Assembly (NCBI RefSeq): GCF_006345805.1 | Contig: NC_043006.1 | Span: 95,480,001-95,544,000, forward strand | Reading direction: 5' to 3' | DNA: 64,000 bases | Origin: Octopus sinensis | Taxonomy: Eukaryota | Shown here: positions 55,721-64,000 of the stretch, piece after piece | Layout of the letters: each line of letters opens with the position of its first letter | Position numbering within the stretch: position 1 is the first letter of the stretch | Position numbers and translations under genes: made by a program | Notes under the pieces: model-generated | Told to the model about the DNA's origin: nothing | Databases searched by the model: none | Seen by the model: only the letters and a program-made list of their open reading frames with translations

Positions 55721-55792
55721 TATGTCACCTGGGAATCGAACGTAGAATCTTGGGGTTAGTAGCCCGCGCTCTTAACCATTATGCCATATGCC
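55532..55792 (-). mobile_element. tRNA-headed SINE with (TAA)n spacer and hammerhead-bearing pLTR-like tail
   Basis: Head 55725-55792 has A box TGGCATAATGG and B box GTTCGATTCC. (TAA)n lies at ~55669-55720. Decayed hammerhead at 55592-55633: CAC-CUCAUGA-A-GCCUG...CAGCU-GAAA-CG-UU-GUG. Confidence 0.65.
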
Positions 55793-56039
55793 CGTGGGCA
55801 TTTACAGGACATATGTCCGTTAAATACTAATGAAAATAATGTTCATAATTCCTCATCTATTAAATATAGAACTCTACCATTGCCAACGTTTTTCTACTTA
55901 TCAGGGTGCTCTGATCAATCAGTTAAAATTGGTCTGTTTTTAATACCAAATCAGACGACCACCTAAAGGCCCCCAATATTGTGATACCTTAAGTTTAATT
56001 ACAGTCACATAGCTGTTGTCTTTGTCATATTTCCTGCCG

Positions 56040-56350
56040 TGCCGTTGGACAGCACATCGGTCACCTATACTTATCCAATAATCTCGGATTTGGAAAAAGT
56101 CGCCAGCATCTTATCAGGCGGGGCGAGCAAACTCGCAGCTTTGCTTTGGCACCGTCTTAACGTGGGGCGAGTCTTCCTAAATTTTCGTGCTATTTCTGTA
56201 GCGATTGTACTTTTCCCCCACAGGCGTGATTCCTTCAGTGTTTCTGGTAACGGATTGCTAACTCATCACCAACTTTATTCTTCCTTTCGCATCCGAGCTT
56301 CACGCGGCGATGGCGGAATTACTGTAGAATTGCCTAAAAATATACGACAA
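56040..56350 (-). pseudogene. Possible Tc1/mariner N-terminal helix-turn-helix remnant
   Basis: GKSTIATEIARKFRKTRPTLRRC resembles a paired-like HTH. Surrounding stops; weak. Confidence 0.3.
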
Positions 56351-56830
56351 ATATTCCTGTGACAAACAGTTGTCTGATGGTCTCTATTGCTGTGAAATAT
56401 ATAAGTCAAGAGAGTGTTAAATATATTTTACAAACGCAGACAAAATACGCCTCCGGCTATTTGCATCTAAGCTAGGTATATATGGTAAAAGAAATAAAAA
56501 TTGCCCATAACTTTTTCACATTATCAATAATATATTACTTGAAATTATTTAGTGGCCGATGGGGAATACTTAAATGTATCAACTCAAGAGATTGAATTTT
56601 ATTCTGAAACCGGTATAAGTTACAAAATGTTAATATTTCAATATTGCAAAATTCCTATCTTTTAATATCAACTTTATTTTGTTACCTTGCGGTCTTTCGC
56701 ACAGAATGTATCAGAAAGTTTAGTTTGTGCGATTATGGTTCCGTTTAGAATCTTGATTCTGTATTTATTTTTCATGCAACCTCTAAACATTTATTTATTT
56801 CGCTTTGTGCAATATAATGAGTTACATATA

Positions 56831-56882
<52 letters not shown>

Positions 56883-56998
56883 TACATATGTATGTGTATA
56901 TATATGTGAATATATATATATGTATGTATATATATATATGAATATATATATACATATATACATATATATATGATATATATATGTGTATGTGCATATAT

Positions 56999-57030
<32 letters not shown>

Positions 57031-57054
57031 CATACACTTATACATATATATGCA

Positions 57055-57101
<47 letters not shown>

Positions 57102-57128
57102 TACATACATACATACATATACATACAT

Positions 57129-57177
<49 letters not shown>

Positions 57178-57509
57178 ATATATATATAATGTATGTATGT
57201 ATATATATCTGTGGTGAGAATGTCGGTATATATATGTGTGTAAATATTTCATTTTGAATAGAAGAGAACTGGAAGGATAAAAGCAGGCTGTCTCTCACCT
57301 CCGACATGGCTTTTCCGTCTACGACAGAACAGGCGGAACAAAATATTTTTATTGGTATCGCTGATTACAGTTATGAATAATAGGTGAATATGTTGGAGAT
57401 GAAGCCAAAGAAAGTAAGGAAACCCTTCGGACCTGCAAAACACCGAACATATTTCACTTCAGTCACACTCAACAGACGTAGAAATACATACACACAATAT
57501 ATATATATA

Positions 57510-57640
57510 TTGGCCGAGATCAAGGAAATGTTCGAAGGTATTCCCGAGGACGCTGTGCACAACACATGCTCAAAAATCTAGAACCGTCTTGAGACCGCGA
57601 TGTAATTTGGGGACGGAGGCGTTTACATTGAGTAAACCGT
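57510..57640 (+). pseudogene. Tc1/mariner transposase C-terminal remnant
   Basis: LAEIKEMFEGIPEDAVHNTCSKI*NRLETAM*FGDGGVYIE* matches the typical IPxDxVxxAC...RL...GGxxE ending. Confidence 0.5.
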
Positions 57641-58511
57641 TTTCTCTCTGCATAATCTAGGTAGATATGTTTATTTCATTTAAAAAAATACTTAAACTGC
57701 TGGAGAGGAGACTATGTTTTGTTTTCCTTTTATATACAAGCTATTAAATTTTGCTCGGCCACCTTGTGTGTGTGTGTGTGTGTTTGTGTGTATGTATAAA
57801 TAGATAAATATCTATATATATTTTTATTTATCTCTTATATTTTATTCCCCCTCTGGTTTTTCTTCTTTTATCTCACTCCTCCTCTCTCACATTTCTTCGC
57901 TCTCTTTCTTTAACTACCACTATTTCCCACTCGTTTATCTCACCTGCACCTTCCTCTTGTCTCTGATTTTTTTTCTAATCCTTCAATCCCTACCAATTTC
58001 TCCTCTTTCCACGTGACCAGTGTCCGGCCAGCCATGATCTTTTTTTCTTGGCCTGACTGCCGACCATGAACACATCTTGTGTCCATCTCCCTTGTTGCTG
58101 ACTTTAGGCTTTTACTCCATACACGCCAGCCCAATCTGAATCGTTCTCGGTCGAAAGACGCCTGTTGTTATTTCTTGTTGCTTGTATACGTAATTCTGTA
58201 CCACGTCCTCCGTTTTTTCTTTTTGGCTATTCTTTTTTTATGTCTTTGTTGCCGTACACATTCTCTAGCTTTCATACAAAGATCTTAGCTTAGAATTTTT
58301 GGGGGACAACGAGATCGAACCACCTCAAGCGTAACTGACCGAAATGGTCGTGACTTCTGGTACGTGTTTGAAGGAAGAAAGTCAAGAATGACCCGTCTTT
58401 TTTGCCTGTCCTTCTAATTGTTCTTTCGCATGTCGGCTTTTGTGTCGTGTATATGTCCGAACGTTTTAGTGCCCTCTACTGCGTTTTTGTTCCATATGTA
58501 TATATGTATAT

Positions 58512-58554
<43 letters not shown>

Positions 58555-58819
58555 CAATTAAGGACAACTACTTAATAAGGAAAACTTAACAAGAAATTGT
58601 CAGGTAGATAGCGTGAAAGACCTCATAAGAGAAAAAATTTCGAAAATAATTATTTCTTATTGAACATATTAATTTATATATAGAGGGCATTATACATACA
58701 TGCCAGAGGGCATTATACATACATGCCACACGCTAAGAGGGACAATTAGTCATTTCTACCAAAAATTTTACTAATCCCACCGAATGCAATTTTTCAAAGT
58801 AAGACATTTAAAAAAATAT

Positions 58820-58867
58820 AGACCTGTATCACAGTGATTTCATACTTACGTATTCATCAGCAGGCCT
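58820..58867 (-). ncRNA. Minimal type I hammerhead ribozyme motif, intact core
   Basis: AGGCCUG-CUGAUGA-AUAC GUAA GUAU-GAAA-UCACUGUGA-UA-CAGGUCU. Stem I is 7 bp (one G-U), stem II is 4 bp with a GNRA loop, stem III is quasi-palindromic AUCAC-U-GUGAU, and the triplet is AUA. Confidence 0.88.
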
Positions 58868-59307
58868 GGACGTATCATAAATAAACGACATGTCTTACTT
58901 TGAAAAATTGCATTCGGTGGGATTAGTAAAACTTTTGGTAGAAATGACTAATTGTCCCTCTTAGCGTGTGGCATGTATGTATAATGCCCTCTGGCATGCA
59001 TGTATAATGCCTTCTATATATAAATTAATATGTTCAATAAGAAATAATTATTTTCGAAATTTTTTCTCTTATGAGGTCTTTCACGCTATCTACCTGACAA
59101 TTTCTTGTTAAGTTTTCCTTATTAAGTAGTTGTCCTTAATTGCTAAATTTTTATTCCGAAAAAACTTTTCCTTTCCCGAAATGCAATTCGTAAAAATCTG
59201 CCATTTACCGGATGTAATATATGTAAACTCACCCATGTGCTTCGTTGATGTTGATCAGTTAGCTGATCGGCTTGAGCGAGGCAGGGTCGTTTATTTATGA
59301 TACGTCC

Positions 59308-59355
59308 AGGCCTGCTGATGAATACGTAACTATGAAATCACTGTGATACAGGTCT
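59308..59355 (+). ncRNA. Second copy of the 58820 hammerhead, opposite strand, one stem II substitution
   Basis: Identical to the reverse complement of 58820-58867 except GUAAGUAU>GUAACUAU, which breaks the outer stem II pair. Core is intact. Confidence 0.8.
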
Positions 59356-59492
59356 ATATTTTTTTAATTGTCTTACTTTGAAAAATTGCATTCGGTGGGA
59401 TTAGTAAAATTTTTGGTAGAAATGACTAATTGTCCCTCTTAGCGTGTGGCATGTATGTATAATGCCCTCTGGCATGTATGTATAATGCCCTC

Positions 59493-59524
<32 letters not shown>

Positions 59525-60055
59525 ACAAATGAATGACAGAAAATGGAATATACAAGAATTTATTATTAATCACAATTGTTTCGACATATCTACCATCAAT
59601 TCCTCTTGTGGGACACTCAACATCTGGTTCAGGAGCATCCAGTGGTGCAGATGTATCTCGTCGGGTAATGAATAAATAAAAACAACTCGTTAAAATGACT
59701 GTTCCTCATCCAGACGGAGGAAAAATCTTCATATATATATAGAAGATCAAAAATACATTTGCAGAAGACAAAAAGAAAGAAACGAACACGTAATCCAGAG
59801 AGAACAGCATATATATATATATATATATATAGGGTTATAATAATTATAATTAAGGGTTAATTGCAACAAGTTAATTAGTGATCAATTTTTGCTGCTATTT
59901 CTAATATTTTCGGTATGTGGTTTTGAGCAAATTGTTGCAATTAACCCTTAACTATAATTATTATAACTCTTACCAAATATGGTATTTTCCATACCGATAA
60001 ATCTACTAGGTGAAATTTATTAATTTTATTAAATTAATTATATTCCACCCTTTTT

Positions 60056-60121
<66 letters not shown>

Positions 60122-60200
60122 TATATTGGTAAAAACGATATGAAAACAAAAGAAAGAAAGAGACTTTTAGCGAAAAATAAAATATACACCTGTTACTAGC

Positions 60201-60539
60201 CCAACAGTAAAGAAGAGGAAAAATAGAAATAGGAAGATCATCTGGTTTACACCCCCTTACTCAACCGAGGTGACCTTCAATATAGGTAAGTATTTCTTAA
60301 CACTGATAGATAGACATTTTCCAGTTAACCATACTTATAGGAAACTCTTCAAAAAACACAATTTAAAAATTAGTTTTAGTTCAACTACAAATTTTAAAAA
60401 TATAATCACACATAACACACAGAAACCACAAGAAAACAGCTGTTCATGCAGGAATAAAAATTTGTGCCCGCTAAATGTAGCTTGCATGTCCGAGACCATC
60501 ATCTATGAAGCTACCGTGAACTCTATAACCACTATATAA
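60201..60539 (+). pseudogene. Naiad-type PLE RT thumb/linker remnant
   Basis: RKIIWFTPPYSTEVTFNIGKYFLTLIDRHFP...CSCRNKNLCPLNVAC...IIYEATV. Contains the CxCx5Cx5C linker before the GIY motif. Confidence 0.8.
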
Positions 60540-60734
60540 GTAGCGGAATTATAACAGTAATTTCCCTTTATGTAACGGTATTTTTCATAGCGTTTTTCAG
60601 ATGGCCAGATAACCGAAGAGATAGTGTTTTGGTTTTCCACTTCGTCATCTGAAACTCAGAGTTTTATCTTGACTATCGAATAATTGTAATATATAAATAT
60701 ATATATATATATACAAACATACACACACACACGC

Positions 60735-60770
<36 letters not shown>

Positions 60771-61095
60771 ATGAGGGTAGAAATTAATACTATTATACAA
60801 TATCAATTTAAACCAGTAGCTAAAATACTTTAAAAATGTCCGAGGACTATGAATTATATTACATATATAAATGAAAGGAGACAAAATAGAGCAATTAACT
60901 TCATACCTTAAGATTTCGTTATTAAAGATTTCTCACGTAATCATCTGTAGCTCGTCCGTGAAGTCGTTGCGATACACATTTATCAGGCTCGCATACATTC
61001 TGGCGTTTGCTAAAATTTGTGAGAACATATTCTTCGTGGTTAGAAGATTTGGTGTCTACTTCTAGCGTACACATTGGTGGCTATTACCCTAATTG

Positions 61096-61134
<39 letters not shown>

Positions 61135-61136
<2 letters not shown>

Positions 61137-61655
61137 ACTTATAAATAAGGGCAAACGAAAAAATTTCTAATGCTAAATATGCTGAAAATTGGACATATTG
61201 TCCATTACCATATAATTTATCACAATACGCACGCTACTCGAAAAAAAGCCGACAGATATTTCTAAAAAATTCCATTATTACCATATCGAGCCGATTTCAG
61301 GGTTAGTTCGTAAGAACCCTCCCTTCGTCAGTGATACATGTGGCAAAGAAATAAATGAGATACTTACTCTTACCCATGGAAGAAGCAAAACACTAAGTCA
61401 TGAGCACAAATAAGTACCTCAAATACATCCAAAATAGAAATACTTTAGCCCATTCAAGACACGTGCGATTTGAACTGAGGCTCTCACAGAGTGAAAGAGT
61501 CCGGAAGTGAACACTTAATTTTATATTTAATGTAGGATAAATTTGTTTTCGAAAAAAAATTTTATCAATGGCCAGCATATTGTAATGGACAATATGTCCA
61601 ATTTTCGGCAATGTTGGCATTAGAAATTTTTTCGTTTGCCCTTATTTATAAGTTG
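61135..61655. mobile_element. ~520-bp element with ~79-bp inverted termini enclosing a hammerhead
   Basis: 61135-61213 matches the reverse complement of 61577-61655 with a few mismatches. A second partial inversion pairs 61530-61580 with 61690-61742. (TA)n flanks. Confidence 0.7.
61279..61336 (-). ncRNA. Type I hammerhead ribozyme motif, intact core, bulged stem II
   Basis: UAUCA-CUGACGA-AGGG ag GGUUC UUAC GAACU aa CCCU-GAAA-UCG GCU CGA-UA-UGGUA. Stem I is 5 bp, stem III is AUCG/CGAU, triplet is AUA. Confidence 0.82.
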
Positions 61656-61739
61656 TTTATAATTTTAACCTTTAAAGGTAATTTTTAATATGCTGGCCAC
61701 AGATAAATTCTTTTTTTCCCAAAAAAATTTATCTTACAT

Positions 61740-61770
<31 letters not shown>

Positions 61771-63068
61771 TATTAATAGTGTCAGTATGACAATAAAAGA
61801 ATGCCTGAGACCTCGATATTATGTAAATAGATGAATTTATCTGTAAAATAATATGTGACAATTATTCGGTTGTCATAATAAAACTCCGAGTTTCGGATGT
61901 CAAGGCAGAAATTTGTTCCGGCATCTGGTCAGTTATTAAGACAAAGCGAAAATGTTTTGAAAATGACTGTTAAACCTATATATATAAATATCGTGAAAAC
62001 TCTTCAAGGCGTTGGCTTAGTTATCTCCTTTGTCTAATGTATATATATAGACATAGATAGATAGATATGTAGTTAGATAGAGAGAGATAGACAGACGGAC
62101 AGACAGATATATAGATAGATAGATGCGTGTATGAATGTGTGTGTACCAGTGGCCTAACGAGGGTTTTGTTTATCCTTTGCGATCCACCCATCCCTCACAT
62201 CCGACGAGAGTATGACGGTGCGTGGTGAAGGGCTTAAGATACTCGCTTTAAAATATGACGTTCCGTTTTCGAGCATTTGTGTGAAATCTTTGCCATGTAT
62301 CGCAGTTAATTATATTAAATTAGATAGAAACTACGTCGAACCCTTCAGAGAGATTACACAAGGTATTCAAAATGCCCAGCATGGAAGCATGTTGCGTCAC
62401 GCTTAATCTGTTGTAAAATACGTTTCGTTGCCTCTTGTATCTAAATTTAAATATTTGGCATTTGTTGATGGACCAACCGGAATATTGATTATCAAAACCG
62501 ACGGAGAACCCAACATCGTATATCTAATATAGTGAGTGCGAAAACTAATTTCTGTGTCAATGTGTCACATTTGGACCCCCTCTCTCACTAGTCAATGGGT
62601 TGAGAGTAATTGTAAGCACAGAGACGGCGAGGTCGGTGACGAAGACAGAGAGAAAGAGAGAGAGGAAGAAAGAAAAGGAGAGGGACAGGAAGGGAGACAA
62701 AGAATCTAGGGAGTGTTAATGATGTTTTATTAAAAGCAGTAGTGTTGATGGTGGCGGTGGGAGTAATAATAAAAGGGAGAAAGAGTGAGTATGTGAGAGA
62801 ATGATGGAAATGATGTACAACTTTGTTGAAATACTGAATACTACCATTTAAATGATGACTGCAACCCATCCTTCTTTTGTTATTTTCCCCATCTTAAAAG
62901 GGGTCACCATTCTTGAACTCATGTCTCATGTCAGTAGCTTTACTGGTAAAAAAAACACTAAGTAATGGTAAAAAACAACTAAATAAATGGTAAAAATCAT
63001 TCCAAATTGAAAAGAAATCCCTGCTCCCTCCCTCTTTACGTATGTATCTATCTGTCTATCTATCAATC

Positions 63069-63114
<46 letters not shown>

Positions 63115-63284
63115 ATATCTACATCTCTCTAGCTCTGTGGTGGTAGCCGGGGCAGTCTGAGATGATGGTGATAGTGATGTGAAAGACAGTGCAGGGAAGG
63201 CGACACCGTCAGAAGTCTGAAATGGTATGGCAGTTGTTGTGGCGATGTTGGCGGTACTGGTTGAAAACAATTAACAAAAACAAA

Positions 63285-63321
<37 letters not shown>

Positions 63322-64000
63322 TTAGACAGAAAAAAAACTGTACTGACCCCCGAATGGTAAGACAAAAAATGCTGTTTATCATACAGCTTTGCAATAAGTT
63401 CCAAGTCCACAAATCCGATCACTGTTTGAATGAAAATTGTTTATTGCTTGAAAAATATTGGTCAAGTTTAATCAAATTTAATATGTACTCAATGCATGAA
63501 GTCTCATTGTTGGGCCCAAGGCCAAATAAGTCCTCCATAGGATCTAGCTTAAAAGCTGTAGTTGCCAGAATTGTTACTGCATCGGGGAAAATGCTTAGAG
63601 GCATTTCTCTCGACTTAACGTTCTGATTTCAAATTCATCCAGGGTCGACTTAGTTTTTCATCCTTTTGGAATCGATAAAATAAGCCCCAGTTGAGCATTG
63701 GAATCGATATAATGGACTTGTTCCTTTCGCCAAAATTACCGTCATGTACGAGAATTTGATATCAATATGTGTATGTATGTTATTTTAAATTATTGCGTAA
63801 CAACTCCCTTGAATTAAGACGCATGCGTGAATACTGTTTTATTTGAAATTCGGATACGTGTGTGAGCATATAGAAATGAAAGGAAAGATTAATGGGTCGA
63901 GCGTTTGGAACTCACATTGTCGAAGTCGATGGAGTACCAGTGGTATATTTAAGTATTATATGTATATGAGGTTTATAATGTTTCATAATGACTCCCATAG

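Larger units (their letters stand above)
58554..59493. mobile_element. Non-coding PLE-derived pLTR unit with near-perfect ~253-bp inverted arms and two hammerheads
   Basis: 58554-58806 is the reverse complement of 58890-59143. 59287-59493 is the reverse complement of ~58677-58888. There is an internal 22-bp tandem duplication and (TA)n on both flanks. Confidence 0.85.

Noticed and set aside
55725-55792. tRNA gene
   Set aside because: A/B boxes are present but the acceptor and anticodon stems do not close. Treated as a SINE head.
59568-59720. Hammerhead-like fragments (UUGAUGG...GAAACAAUUGU; CUGGAUGAGG), with similar traces at 1160-1390, 38575-38640, 48255-48300 and 60600-60660
   Set aside because: Too many core or stem defects to call individually.

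Overview
AT-rich, microsatellite-saturated eukaryotic DNA. It is most likely an octopus genome, inferred from the tRNA-derived CORE-type and related SINE families, not from a database hit. I found no supportable host protein-coding gene: almost all ORF-track entries are translated (TA)n/(CA)n/(ATT)n repeats or decayed transposon frames. The window is a nested mosaic of mobile elements: Penelope-like elements (a Neptune-type RT/GIY-YIG copy, two Naiad-type remnants, several non-coding pLTR units), R4/Dong RLE retrotransposons stacked in (AAT)n, L1/Tx1, CR1 and RTE remnants, two copies of one Helitron family, a 700-bp foldback MITE and many SINEs. The main hidden signal is a set of unrelated type I hammerhead ribozyme motifs read by eye. 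Four keep the full CUGANGA/GAAA/NUH core (36598-36690, 58820-58867, 59308-59355, 61279-61336). Two share a CUGUUGA variant core, and several more are decayed. Most have tiny or palindromic stem III and sit in inverted-repeat, non-coding (retrozyme-like) units. One decayed motif is the tail of a tRNA-headed SINE. Also notable: a Helitron family carrying the 5' end of an L1/Tx1 LINE, repeated LINE insertion at one 15-19 bp target, and SINE concatemers with a fixed junction. Folding is manual and no activity is demonstrated. Outer boundaries of decayed elements are approximate.
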